DNA from: Vulcanimicrobiota bacterium
GTDB taxonomy: Bacteria; Vulcanimicrobiota; Vulcanimicrobiia; Vulcanimicrobiales; Vulcanimicrobiaceae
NCBI GenBank assembly: GCA_003135555.1
Contig: PLCF01000020.1
Coordinates: 1-44,596 of the forward strand
DNA: 44,596 bases
Direction of reading: 5' to 3'
This document shows, piece after piece, positions 1 to 9,658 of this stretch. Under the pieces are notes generated by a model. It ran no database searches. It was not told the origin of the DNA and saw nothing but the letters and a program-made list of their open reading frames with translations. The position numbers and the translations under genes were made by a program. The stretch's first letter is position 1. Each line of letters starts with the position of its first letter.

Positions 1-2
1 AG

Positions 3-284
3 GAAGGCGGCCATCTCGTCGCTACCACCCAGCCCGTATCGCAGGAAGAGACCGCGCGGCACCGTGTGTCGGGCGCGATGATGAGGCTCGCGCCGTCGGC
101 AGACGGGCTCGGCAGAATCGCGCGACTGCTGGAAGAGGGGACGATACGACCAGACGTCGCGACCGTGTACGCGCTCCAGGATGCGGCCCAGGCCTGGAAG
201 GACATCGCCGGAAACCTATCGCCCAGTGGGCCGGGAGCGGCAAGACGCAGGTCACACGGCAAGATCGTGCTTCGTGTGGCCTAG
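3..284 (+). CDS. C-terminal part of an NADP-dependent zinc-type alcohol dehydrogenase-like (MDR/quinone) oxidoreductase, truncated by the window edge
   Basis: Frame is open from base 3 (EGGHLVATTQP...LEEGTIRPDVATVYALQDAAQAW...SHGKIVLRVA*). The GKIVL end is typical of MDR-family C-termini. Confidence 0.7.
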   Translation, partial: EGGHLVATTQPVSQEETARHRVSGAMMRLAPSADGLGRIARLLEEGTIRPDVATVYALQDAAQAWKDIAGNLSPSGPGAARRRSHGKIVLRVA

Positions 285-579
285 ACATCTCCAACGAGTG
301 ACCTCGGCGATCAGATCTGGCCTTAGAGCGTTGGTAGATATGATGACCCTCGCAATGAGTGTGGCCGTGCTGATGAGTGCGCCGGTGCTTGCGTCTCCCG
401 GCTCGCAGTCGCACGCACGACTCCACTGGAGTGAGCGGACGAAGGTTCTATCACCGGACCGAGCATGGCAACTGGCGGTGTTTCCGGCGCTCCACTCCGA
501 GAACAACGACACACTGACGCATCGCAAGGGAAAGAAGGCGCGTGCCGAGTTTTTCCGTGACTCGAGATGGCCACGCTTC

Positions 580-1368
580 TCATTGCGGGATCACGAAACG
601 CTCCACGCGCTCGACAGGTTTACTCGCGCGGCCGTCATGGCGCGGCAAAGGGATACCGTGCATTGCCGTGCGGATGAGATCGATCTCGCGGGCACTGATC
701 GCCGCCGAGGTCACGACATGCAGCACTTGGTCGCCATTGCGCCAAACGAAGTTTTCCTTCCGGTTTCTCGGATTCGGCTTACCGTCACGCGGGACATCGT
801 CGGCATCGTAGATGTAGCGCGCCGCCGGCAGGCTCAGGGCCGAATAGCGATCCGCGACAATCTGGAACGTGCGGCCACCTGCACGGACATATGCAAAGGT
901 GACTTGCAGGCCGTCGGTAGTCCATGCGTTTGTTTGTCTCGACCACACGGCGAGCGGAGCAGTAAGAACCTTTCGGCTCACGATATCGGCCGGTAGGCCA
1001 ATCGGTGCAACAACGGTGAAGTTTGCTCGTTGCTTAGCCTCGGCGAGTGACGCCTGAACCGGATTGATAACGCGCATGGCCTCGGGCAGAGCTTTGGGGA
1101 TTCTCGGCCCGATTCCAGCTGCGTGCAGCGCAGCAACGTACCGTTCTTCGATGCTCTGCATAAGTGCCGGAGAACGCGCCGTTAGGAACAAGCCCGCGAC
1201 GATCACTGCCGCTGAGGCTACCGCAATACGAGCGCGAAGACGGCTCCCGGACGGGTATTCGCGCCGGGCGTGCATTCGGCGACGAATTGCACTGAGATCG
1301 ATCGGTGGGATGGCTGCTTTCATCAGACTGCTCCGTATTTCAGTGCGAGCGCGTGCGTCATCGAACAT
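580..1368 (-). CDS. Putative membrane-anchored anti-sigma factor
   Basis: ATG at 1368 overlaps the stop of the ECF sigma gene. Short N-terminal region, one hydrophobic TM segment (IAVASAAVIVAGLFL), then an extracytoplasmic domain. Confidence 0.6.
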   Translation of the reverse strand: MFDDARARTEIRSSLMKAAIPPIDLSAIRRRMHARREYPSGSRLRARIAVASAAVIVAGLFLTARSPALMQSIEERYVAALHAAGIGPRIPKALPEAMRVINPVQASLAEAKQRANFTVVAPIGLPADIVSRKVLTAPLAVWSRQTNAWTTDGLQVTFAYVRAGGRTFQIVADRYSALSLPAARYIYDADDVPRDGKPNPRNRKENFVWRNGDQVLHVVTSAAISAREIDLIRTAMHGIPLPRHDGRASKPVERVERFVIPQ

Positions 1369-1912
1369 TAGGGCAGGCCTCCAGGTCGGGCGAAGTGCTC
1401 GAATCGATAACGGCGAGAGCCCTGCGAAGAGCACGCCGAGCTAGCATCAGGTGGAACCGGATCGTCGCAGCGGGCGCGCCCATAACGGACGCAATCTCGC
1501 TGCTGTTGAAGCCGGCGTAGTAGCGCAGCACCACCGCGGTGCGCTGCGACTTCGGCAGCGTTGCGATGGCAGCGAGGAGATCCAAACGTTCGACGTCGCT
1601 CGACACCGCGTGCGGCTCAACCGGTGAGCTGAACTCCGCCATCTTCTTTAGCCGTTTGGCGGACACCATTGCATGGCGGATAATGATCCGATACATCCAC
1701 TGGTAGAACGCTTCGGTGGAGCGTAACGCCGGGAGGCCGAGCGCAATGCTGGCGCACGCCTCTTGAGCGGCATCTTCGGCCAATCCCCGATCGTGCAACA
1801 CACCCAATGCGACGCGAAATGCCTCCGGCCAAAGCGCGACGAGGAGCGTCTCCAGAGCGGCACCATCGCGTTGCGCCTCACGTACGAGACCGGGATCGAC
1901 CGTGAACCCCAT
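1358..1912 (-). CDS. ECF-type sigma-70 RNA polymerase sigma factor
   Basis: Region 2 motif AEDAAQEA...FYQWMYRI and region 4 LPKSQRTAVVLRYYAGFNSSEIASVMG...TIRFHL; 184 aa. Confidence 0.9.
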   Translation of the reverse strand: MGFTVDPGLVREAQRDGAALETLLVALWPEAFRVALGVLHDRGLAEDAAQEACASIALGLPALRSTEAFYQWMYRIIIRHAMVSAKRLKKMAEFSSPVEPHAVSSDVERLDLLAAIATLPKSQRTAVVLRYYAGFNSSEIASVMGAPAATIRFHLMLARRALRRALAVIDSSTSPDLEACPNVR

Positions 1913-2031
1913 TCGGGCTTCTCCGTTTCGAGGGCTGGTTATCCCTTACAGAGTGGCCGCCGCGCCAGGGTGTTGGCAGGGCAGCGGTGTTCGAGGGGTC
2001 GCAATTCGCGCGGAGCAGAAAATCGACCGCG

Positions 2032-3960
2032 ATGCGTCTTCAGGCCAGCCTCGTCGCCATCGTACTATGGTTTGCTGCGGCGCCATCGGTGCAGCCCGTC
2101 TCGGCTGCTCCTTCGCAGCAGGCGCCGCCCCTCAAGGCAGCCATACAGTCAAAGATCGATACCGAGGTCCGGGCGCTCTTGAGCGCGGCGCACGCCCCGG
2201 GGGCGACGATCGCGATCGTTCAAGGCGGAGCGATCGTCTACACGCGCGGTTATGGACTGCGCGACGTTGCAAACTCATTGCCGTCCGACGCCCATACGCG
2301 CTACGAGATCGGGTCGATCACGAAGCAGTTCACCGCGGCCGCGATTCTGCAACTGAAGGAAGCCGGCAAGATCGATCTCGACGCGACGGTCGCCACGCAT
2401 CTTCCGTCGATCTCGCACGCCAGGGAGATCACGGTCCGGCAGCTTCTGACGCATACGAGTGGGCTACAGGATTACGTCAACATCCCGAACTTCGAGACGC
2501 TTGCCGGAACGCCGGCGACGTTCGATCAGTTGATGTCGCGAATTTCCAAAGAGCCGCTCGCCTTCACGCCTGGTGCACAGTTTGCGTACTCGAGCACGAA
2601 CTACTTGATGCTCGGCCGGATCATCGAGCTCGTTTCAGGTCAAAGCTGGGAAGCGTACGTACAGCAGCACCTCTTCGCCCCTGCCGGCATGATGGATTCG
2701 GCGACGATGGCACAAGAAGGCCAGCTTGCGGACATGGCGCGTGGTTACGTGTATGCGCAGGGCCACACCGCCGAGTCCAAGCCAATCGCCGAATCCTGGG
2801 CGTCCTCCGCCGGAGGCATCGTGTCCACGGCCGGCGACCTGCAGAAATGGGCCGAGGCGTTGTCTTCGGGCCGCATCATCTCGACATCCGACTACCAGCT
2901 CCTCACCAGCCCTGCGCGGCTGACGGACGGTTCTGCCGGCGAATACGGATTCGGAATGAAAATCGATCGCTTTGAGGGTCAGCCGCGAGTCTGGCACGAC
3001 GGCAACACCAATGGCTTCGATGGAAGTGACCAGTTTTTTCCGAGCCAAGACGTGCGCATCATCGTCTTGACAAACAGCCTGGACGGCGGCAGCAGCCAAA
3101 TCGCCCAACACATTTACAACGACCTCTTTCCCGCCATTGCGGCCGCCGCTCTGCGGGCGGAAGAGGCCGCGCAGCATTCCGCATCGGCGTTACTCTATGC
3201 TCGCTCACTTCGGGTGATGAACGGCCTTCGGCAGCCGAAGTATCTCGCATACCGCCTGGAAAGCTCGAGCGACGGTCTGGAGTTTTATCTTTGGGCCGAC
3301 GCTCGCGGTCAGGTTTGGCTGCGTGGCCACGACGGTTCGACCACCGATGCCTGGACGTTTCGTCACCGCACATTCGACTACATGAGTGAAATCGTTCACG
3401 TCTCGGACGGTCGTCGTTTCGTTTCAGCACGTTCGGTTTTCGATCCGACGTGGTACGGCGCGGTTCGTGCGATGCGTCTTGGGATGTTCCTCAACCAACA
3501 AGTCCCGGTGGCACCTCGCGATAGTACCGAGGCAAGTGACGCCGGTGAGCCGCTCAAGGCGATCGGGGCGGTCTCCGTGACGGGCCCCGCCGTGTACGAC
3601 ATCGAGGATCGTGGTGCCGCATCGTGCCCGAACGGGCAGCCAGGCCACGCCTTGCACTTCACCTCGCGCAGTAGCGTCTACGAGCATCAGTTGAGCGACG
3701 TCGTCATCGAGACCAGCTCGGCACGCCTTTGTGTCATCAGATTCCTGGCTCGCGGCGCGGGAACTGTCGTAACCTCCGGTTCGTTCGAGCAACACTACGC
3801 CGACGTCAACGGCTACTGGGTGCAGACGGACGGCGTGCTCGATGGGATGTGGCAGGCTTCGAGGCTTTCACGGAAGCGTCACGGCGTTTGGCGCTATCGC
3901 TTGGTCGACATGAGCTTCCCTGCTACGCTATCAAACGAGATTTTCGCGGCGCACTTGTAA
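2032..3960 (+). CDS. Secreted serine hydrolase (beta-lactamase class C/AmpC-like) with an extra C-terminal domain
   Basis: Signal peptide MRLQASLVAIVLWFAAA; SxxK (GSITKQF), LLTHTSG, YSSTNY and HDG motifs; about 260 extra C-terminal residues. Confidence 0.85.
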   Translation: MRLQASLVAIVLWFAAAPSVQPVSAAPSQQAPPLKAAIQSKIDTEVRALLSAAHAPGATIAIVQGGAIVYTRGYGLRDVANSLPSDAHTRYEIGSITKQFTAAAILQLKEAGKIDLDATVATHLPSISHAREITVRQLLTHTSGLQDYVNIPNFETLAGTPATFDQLMSRISKEPLAFTPGAQFAYSSTNYLMLGRIIELVSGQSWEAYVQQHLFAPAGMMDSATMAQEGQLADMARGYVYAQGHTAESKPIAESWASSAGGIVSTAGDLQKWAEALSSGRIISTSDYQLLTSPARLTDGSAGEYGFGMKIDRFEGQPRVWHDGNTNGFDGSDQFFPSQDVRIIVLTNSLDGGSSQIAQHIYNDLFPAIAAAALRAEEAAQHSASALLYARSLRVMNGLRQPKYLAYRLESSSDGLEFYLWADARGQVWLRGHDGSTTDAWTFRHRTFDYMSEIVHVSDGRRFVSARSVFDPTWYGAVRAMRLGMFLNQQVPVAPRDSTEASDAGEPLKAIGAVSVTGPAVYDIEDRGAASCPNGQPGHALHFTSRSSVYEHQLSDVVIETSSARLCVIRFLARGAGTVVTSGSFEQHYADVNGYWVQTDGVLDGMWQASRLSRKRHGVWRYRLVDMSFPATLSNEIFAAHL

Positions 3961-4038
3961 TCTCAGAGATCCTCGTAGCGTTCTCATTGCACTTGCAATG
4001 CGTCGCTGCCTATCGGTGGCACGGCGCAGTCCCGCGCT

Positions 4039-5541
4039 TCAGTGGGGGCGTGCCACGGCGATCCCGTCGGGAGTGAGGCCCGCCACAAAGGGCGACCCGG
4101 CTACCGGCGTCAGCGCGCCGCTTGTCGCGTCGATGGTATACGCGGAAACACCGCTGAGGCCGGCTGCATAGGCGAACTTGCCCGCAGGGTCGGCGGCCAC
4201 GGCAACGGGCGCAGCGCCCGACCCGAACGGCGATCCCGCCACCGGCGTCAGCGCACCACTGGTCGCGCTAATGGTGTAGGCGGAAACAGCGTTGGAGCCG
4301 AGATCGGCGACAAACGCGAACCTACCGGTCGGATCGACGGCGATGCCGGCAGGAGCGTTTCCCGTACCGAACGGCGACCCGGGTACCGGCGTCAACGCGC
4401 CGCTCGTCGCGTTGATTGCCGATCCCGAAACGGTGGAGTCGCTGACGTTGGTCGCATACGCGAACTTGCCCGCCGGATCAACTGCGACGCCGGGACCCTG
4501 GCCCGCCGCAAACGGCGACCCGGGCACAGGCGTCAACGCGCCGCTCGTCCCGTCGATCGCAAAGGCGGAAACAGTGCCGTCGGCGATGTTCGTCACGTAC
4601 GCGAACTTGCTCGTCGCCGCCACGCCCTGGGGGCTGGTGCCCACCGCATAGGGCGAGCCCACGACCGGCGCCAACGCACCGCTCGCCGCATTGATCCGAA
4701 AAGCGGAGATGGTGTTGTTACCCTGGTTGGTCACGAAGGCGAACGTGCCCGTCGGATCAACGGTTACGGCTGTCGGGTTGGGACCGCCGGAGAACGGCGA
4801 CCCCGCTACCGGCGTCAGCGCACCGCTGCTCGCGTTGATCGTGTAGGCGTAGATGAATACGCTTGGGGAACTGGGCTCCCCGATCGTCGTCACATAGGCG
4901 AACTTGCCCGAGGGATCGACAGCAATGCTGTCAGGGTTCGTGCCGGTCGCAAACGGCGAACCCGGCACCGGGGTCAGCGCGCCGCTGGTCGCGTTGACGG
5001 CGTAGGCCGAAATCGTGTTGGAACTGAGGTTCACCGCATAGGCGAACTCAACGAGGGAGCCGACGACGTTCACCGCGACCGTTGCATTGTCGTCTTTGCC
5101 CTGCTTGCCGGTCACCGTAATCGTACAGGTTCCCGGACCGACGGGTGTCACCGTAAACGTAGCGCCCGACCCGCCGTCATCGCCTTCATGATGCCTGGTG
5201 TCCCGCTCCTCATCATCTCTTTTTGGCGGCTTGGTGGTTGCGGCCGACACGGTGGCGCAGCTCGTATTGGACGAACGCGCGGTGATGTCGCGAGAATCTT
5301 CGCCCGTTACCGTGAACGTTTGCGGCGCACCGCCCACCGAAAACGTGAGAGAATTTGGCGCGACCGCGATCTGCGAAGCGTCGCCTTGCCGACTCTCGCC
5401 GCGGGGAACCGATTTGCTTTGCGCTGCGGGAACGAGCCCGGCGGACGGCGTGCCGGTCCCCGACGAACCTGCGCATGACGCTAAGAACCCGATCACAGCC
5501 AGAAGCGCGAGCATCCGGGATGCGAGGCTGAATTGAATCAT
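4039..5541 (-). CDS. Lipoprotein with Ig-like stalk and seven-bladed beta-propeller (lactonase/YncE-like)
   Basis: Start MIQFSLASRMLALLAVIGFLASC has a lipobox. Seven repeats of ...SGALTPVxGSPF...VAVDPxGKFAY. Confidence 0.8.
   Translation of the reverse strand: MIQFSLASRMLALLAVIGFLASCAGSSGTGTPSAGLVPAAQSKSVPRGESRQGDASQIAVAPNSLTFSVGGAPQTFTVTGEDSRDITARSSNTSCATVSAATTKPPKRDDEERDTRHHEGDDGGSGATFTVTPVGPGTCTITVTGKQGKDDNATVAVNVVGSLVEFAYAVNLSSNTISAYAVNATSGALTPVPGSPFATGTNPDSIAVDPSGKFAYVTTIGEPSSPSVFIYAYTINASSGALTPVAGSPFSGGPNPTAVTVDPTGTFAFVTNQGNNTISAFRINAASGALAPVVGSPYAVGTSPQGVAATSKFAYVTNIADGTVSAFAIDGTSGALTPVPGSPFAAGQGPGVAVDPAGKFAYATNVSDSTVSGSAINATSGALTPVPGSPFGTGNAPAGIAVDPTGRFAFVADLGSNAVSAYTISATSGALTPVAGSPFGSGAAPVAVAADPAGKFAYAAGLSGVSAYTIDATSGALTPVAGSPFVAGLTPDGIAVARPH
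4090..5045 (-). repeat. Seven intragenic tandem repeats (about 140-160 bp) encoding propeller blades
   Basis: Motif accggcgtcagcgcgccgct-like recurs near 4102, 4240, 4384, 4526, 4662, 4807 and 4966. Confidence 0.85.
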
Positions 5542-5760
5542 GGGAGTCGCCTTCGGGGCCCTGCAAAAGCGAGGCCAAGTGCGCGCGCCAACGCTGCTGG
5601 ACCCGACCCGGCGGGCGAGGTGTAGAGCCCAAAGCCTGCCACACCGAGGACCTGTCAGCTTGCACGAGCACACAAACACTCCTCTGCTGTCGCTACTGTC
5701 GCGCCACACGGTCAATATTGAACAGGGCGTTGATCCGGCGCTTCGAACCCGGAACATATC

Positions 5761-6717
5761 GTGAGCAAGCAGCGGCCGCCGGGTTCGAATTGGGGCGACT
5801 ACGGAGTCGACGACCGCGTCGGGCGGCTCAACGAGCTCACGCCCGACCGCGTCGTGCAGGCGGCGGCGGAGATTCGGACGGGGCAGCGGTTTTGCCTCAG
5901 CCTTCCGCTCGACTATCCGGGCGGAAACGTCGTCTTTCCGTTCCGCCTTCCACCGCAGCGCAAGGTCGTCGACCGGATGGGGTTCGTGGCGCACGACTTC
6001 CCGTTCTCGCGCCAGCGCGAAGGTGCGACCGGCGTCGTCAACGACGATATCGTGACGCTGTGGACGCAGTACTCGACGCAATGGGACGCGTTCGGGCACG
6101 TCGGTTCGCACTTCGACGCGAACGGCGACGGCGAGGCCGAGGTCGTCTACTACAACGGCCACTATCCCGGCCCCGACGTCGACGGGATGGCGACGATCGG
6201 GCTGCAAGGCCGCGGCGTCATGGTCGACCTCCATCGCAAGTACGGACACGCGAAGATCGCCGTCGACCACGCCATGTTCGAGGAGATCTTGCGCGAGCAG
6301 GGCGTGGTCGTCGAGCCGGGCGACATCCTCGCGCTGCGCACGGGCTGGGCGCAGCTCTTGGTCGACATGAAGGGCTCGCCGGACAAAGAGGTCGTGCACA
6401 ACTCCGGCGCCGGGCTCGACTCGCGCGACCCGAAGATGCTCGAGTGGATCGCTCGGAGCGGCGTCGCGGCGATCGTCGCCGATAACCTCGCCGTCGAAGC
6501 CTACCCGCCCAAACCGGGCGAGGCCGGCACGCCCTACTTGCCGCTGCACGAGCTCTGCCTTTTCAAGCTCGGCATCAACTTGGGCGAGATGTGGTATCTC
6601 ACCGAGCTGGCCGACTGGCTTCAACACAACGAGCGCACGCGCTTCTTCTTGACCGCGCCACCGCTGCGCTTGCGCGGTCACGTCGGTTCGCCCGTCACCC
6701 CGATCGCAACGGTCTGA
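5761..6717 (+). CDS. Cyclase family (kynurenine formamidase-like) metal-dependent hydrolase
   Basis: NWG...GRLN N-terminus, QYSTQWDAFGH metal motif, GDILALRTG, ADNLAVE, LGEMWYL and GSPVTPIA. Confidence 0.85.
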   Translation: MSKQRPPGSNWGDYGVDDRVGRLNELTPDRVVQAAAEIRTGQRFCLSLPLDYPGGNVVFPFRLPPQRKVVDRMGFVAHDFPFSRQREGATGVVNDDIVTLWTQYSTQWDAFGHVGSHFDANGDGEAEVVYYNGHYPGPDVDGMATIGLQGRGVMVDLHRKYGHAKIAVDHAMFEEILREQGVVVEPGDILALRTGWAQLLVDMKGSPDKEVVHNSGAGLDSRDPKMLEWIARSGVAAIVADNLAVEAYPPKPGEAGTPYLPLHELCLFKLGINLGEMWYLTELADWLQHNERTRFFLTAPPLRLRGHVGSPVTPIATV

Positions 6718-6775
6718 GGAGATTGACTATGGACCTGGATCCAGACGGCAACCCGATTCTAGTGGATCAACACGT

Positions 6776-7630
6776 CTAGGTACGATTGGCAGGTTGATCG
6801 CGCGAGGCGTTCGGCGGGAAATCCGGCAGCGATTGGATTTGGCCGTTCCAGCGAAGTGCTTCTACGTCGTCGAACAACGCGATGTCGGTGCGGAGCGTCG
6901 CGAGCGTCCGAAAGAGCAGCACCAGATCGCGGTCGCGCGCGAGAATCTGCGCCAGCTTGGCGGGACTCGCAACGCTGACGTTCCAGTCGCGCGGGTCGGC
7001 CGGGATCGCTTCGAGGTGCCCGTACTTGGCAAGGACGGCCGCGGCTGATTTCGCGCCCCACCCGGCTAACCCCGGGAAGCCGTCCGCCGCGTCACCGACC
7101 AGCGCCAAATAGTCCGGAATGCTCTCCGGCCGAACGCCGAACTTGGCGACGACCCCAGCTTCGTCGAAAAATGTCCGGGTACGGCGATTGAGCTGCACGA
7201 CGCGGGTGCCGCGCACGCACTGCGCGAGGTCTTTGTCCGGCGTGCAGATGATCACGCGCTCGACGCGCGGATCGCCGGCTGCGGCGGCGGCCACCGCCGC
7301 CAAAGCGTCATCGGCTTCGAATTCGACCATCGGCCACACGACGATCCCGGCTTCGACGAGCGCCTCTTCGAGCAGCGGGAACTGCGCGAAGAGTTCGGGG
7401 TCGATCCCCTCACCCGTCTTATATCCTGGCCACAGGCCATTGCGGAACGATTCGATCACGTGGTCGGTGGCGACGCCGAGATGGGTCGCACCCTCGCGCA
7501 GCAGGCCGCGGATCGACGCGAGCACGCCGCGGACCGCCGCAATCTCCCGGCCCTGGGCGTCACGTGCCGACGGCAGCGCGTAGTAGTGGCGAAACAGCTC
7601 GTAGGTGCCGTCGATGACGTGGACTAGCAC
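6776..7630 (-). CDS. Stand-alone 5'-3' exonuclease / flap endonuclease (PolI 5'-nuclease-like)
   Basis: VIDG, EADD, DKDL and H3TH motif DYLALVGDAADGFPGLAGWGAKSA. Confidence 0.9.
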   Translation of the reverse strand: MLVHVIDGTYELFRHYYALPSARDAQGREIAAVRGVLASIRGLLREGATHLGVATDHVIESFRNGLWPGYKTGEGIDPELFAQFPLLEEALVEAGIVVWPMVEFEADDALAAVAAAAAGDPRVERVIICTPDKDLAQCVRGTRVVQLNRRTRTFFDEAGVVAKFGVRPESIPDYLALVGDAADGFPGLAGWGAKSAAAVLAKYGHLEAIPADPRDWNVSVASPAKLAQILARDRDLVLLFRTLATLRTDIALFDDVEALRWNGQIQSLPDFPPNASRDQPANRT

Positions 7631-7714
7631 GAAGGCAGTGTTGCTGAGGACCGGCGCATATCCCGCTCACGCCCCCGGAAGGCCCGGCGTGCGCTGGTGG
7701 TGGAATTGGGCTTC

Positions 7715-8266
7715 ATGTATCACTTTTTGCTTCAACGGTTATTTCGGCGCTCCGTAGCGGCGACCATTGCCGCGGTCGTGGCCGCGCTTCCGGTCGTGGC
7801 CGCTGCCGCCGGGTTTACGCTGGCCGCCCCGACACCGGCGACGGTGACCGTCGGAACGAAAGGCATGGTGATCATCCACATGAAGATGACGCCGCCGAAT
7901 GCCGGTACGAACCCGCCCACCGGTTTCATGACCGTGATCCGGCAAGGCGACACCGACCCGATCTGGTGTTTCCCCAACGCGGGCACCCTGTGCTACACCG
8001 GCTCGATCGTGAACGGAACGGTCGACGTCCACGTCTACATGACGAAGCTCGCCGCTACGACGGGGATACTGCTGTTCCAACTTCGCGACCCGAAATCGAG
8101 CGCGCTCTATTCGAACGCGCTCCCTGTCCCGGTCCGAGTAAACCCTTTCACGAGCGGCGGCGCAGTGCTAAACACCGGAAAAGGCAAAACGCTCGACAAG
8201 ACGTCGGTCCCGCTGAACAAGACCGCGCCGGTCACCCCGGTGCCAGTGGCGTCACCCAAACCCTAA
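7715..8266 (+). CDS. Secreted hypothetical protein
   Basis: Signal-peptide-like N-terminus (RRSVAATIAAVVAALPVVAAAAG), beta-rich body with two Cys, Pro-rich tail. Confidence 0.6.
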   Translation: MYHFLLQRLFRRSVAATIAAVVAALPVVAAAAGFTLAAPTPATVTVGTKGMVIIHMKMTPPNAGTNPPTGFMTVIRQGDTDPIWCFPNAGTLCYTGSIVNGTVDVHVYMTKLAATTGILLFQLRDPKSSALYSNALPVPVRVNPFTSGGAVLNTGKGKTLDKTSVPLNKTAPVTPVPVASPKP

Positions 8267-8332
8267 CGTAGCGGCGTGGTCGTGTCCGTCGCGCAGACGA
8301 TGTCGCGCACCCGCGCCGCATGAAGGCTCGGT

Positions 8333-9655
8333 ATGGACGCTGACGTCCTGGTGATCGGCGGCGGCGCTGCGGGCCTAGCCGCGGCGCGCAGCCTCGCCCG
8401 CCGCTCGTTGCGGGTACTCATGCTGGAAGCGCGCGACCGCACCGGCGGCCGCGTCTGGCCGGCCGCGCCGGCGCGGGCCGGAGTGGCGGCCGAACTCGGC
8501 GCCGAGTTCATCCACGGTCCCGCGCCGGAGACGATGGAACTGCTCCGCGACGCCGGGACCGCGGCGGCCGGCACGGCGGGCGAGTCGTGGAAGTGCGGTG
8601 AGGACGGGGAACTGCAACGCGACGACGACGACTTCATCACGGGCGCTGCAGCCATCCTCGAGCGGGCGCGCGAGCTCGCCGCCGACGAAAGCGTCGATCG
8701 GTTTCTGCGGCGTTTCGCGGACGACCCGGCAGCGCGAGAAGCGATCGCGACCGCGCGCGCATTCGTCGAGGGCTTCGAGGCCGCGGATCCCGCGATTGCG
8801 AGCGCACAAGGGATCGCGGACGAGTTGGCGTCGGGCGTTGATTTTGCGAGTGCGCGGCCGCTCGCCGGATACGGGCCGATGCTCGAGCTGCTGCGCAGCG
8901 ACTGCGCCGCGGCGGGCGTGCAGACGAGCCTGTCGACCGTCGTGCGACGCATCTCATGGCGCCGCAACAGCGTCGCCGTCGAAACGCGCAGCGGCGACGG
9001 GGAGTCGCGAACGATTCGGGCGCGAGCCGCCATCGTAACCCTTCCGGTGGGGGTGTTGCGGCACAGCGGCGACGAGTCGGAGGTCGTTTTCGACCCGGGC
9101 CTGCCCGAGGGCAAGCGCGACGCGCTGGGGAGCATCGAGATGGGGCACGTGGTCAAGGTGGCGCTCTGGTTTCGAGCGGCGTTTTGGGAGCAGGTGCAAA
9201 GCGGGCGCTACCGTGACGCGGCGTTCTTCCGGTGCATCGGGCAGCCGTTTGCGGCGTATTGGACGCAGTCACCGCTGCGCAGCGGGCTGATCGTGGCCTG
9301 GGCCGGCGGCCCGAAGGCAACCGCGTTGAACGCCGGCTCGCAGGAAGACCTGATCGCGCGCGCGCTCGAAGGATTCGGGGCACTCTTCGGCGCGCGCGAC
9401 GTCGCGCGTACGGAGTTCGAAGGTGGTGTCATGCACGATTGGGGCCACGACCCGTTCGCACGCGGTGCGTACAGCTATGTCGCGGTCGGCGGCGGGGACG
9501 CGCGCGCGGTACTGGCGGCGCCCGTCGACGACACGTTGTTCTTCGCCGGCGAGGCGACGTCGACCGACGGTCAGGGCGGCACGGTGAACGGGGCGCTCGA
9601 AACCGGCGAGCGCGCCGCCCGCGAAGCGGCAGCTGTGCTCGGCGCCACGGTGTGA
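8333..9655 (+). CDS. Flavin monoamine oxidase family FAD-dependent oxidoreductase
   Basis: GxGxxG (IGGGAAG), EARDRTGGR, ELGAEFIHG, W..DPFARGAYS, FAGEAT...TVNGA. Confidence 0.9.
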   Translation: MDADVLVIGGGAAGLAAARSLARRSLRVLMLEARDRTGGRVWPAAPARAGVAAELGAEFIHGPAPETMELLRDAGTAAAGTAGESWKCGEDGELQRDDDDFITGAAAILERARELAADESVDRFLRRFADDPAAREAIATARAFVEGFEAADPAIASAQGIADELASGVDFASARPLAGYGPMLELLRSDCAAAGVQTSLSTVVRRISWRRNSVAVETRSGDGESRTIRARAAIVTLPVGVLRHSGDESEVVFDPGLPEGKRDALGSIEMGHVVKVALWFRAAFWEQVQSGRYRDAAFFRCIGQPFAAYWTQSPLRSGLIVAWAGGPKATALNAGSQEDLIARALEGFGALFGARDVARTEFEGGVMHDWGHDPFARGAYSYVAVGGGDARAVLAAPVDDTLFFAGEATSTDGQGGTVNGALETGERAAREAAAVLGATV

Positions 9656-9658
9656 TCG

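Noticed and set aside
4090..5045. Regularly spaced repeats as a CRISPR array
   Set aside because: Repeats are degenerate, in frame and encode propeller blades; no unique spacers and no cas genes.
5545..5700. Riboswitch in the lipoprotein leader
   Set aside because: Some pairing potential, but no aptamer consensus I can recognise; an Rfam search would be needed.
5542..6681. N-terminal 380 aa of the 880-aa ORF 4039-6681
   Set aside because: Mostly antisense to the cyclase gene; the lipoprotein signal at 5541 marks the real start.
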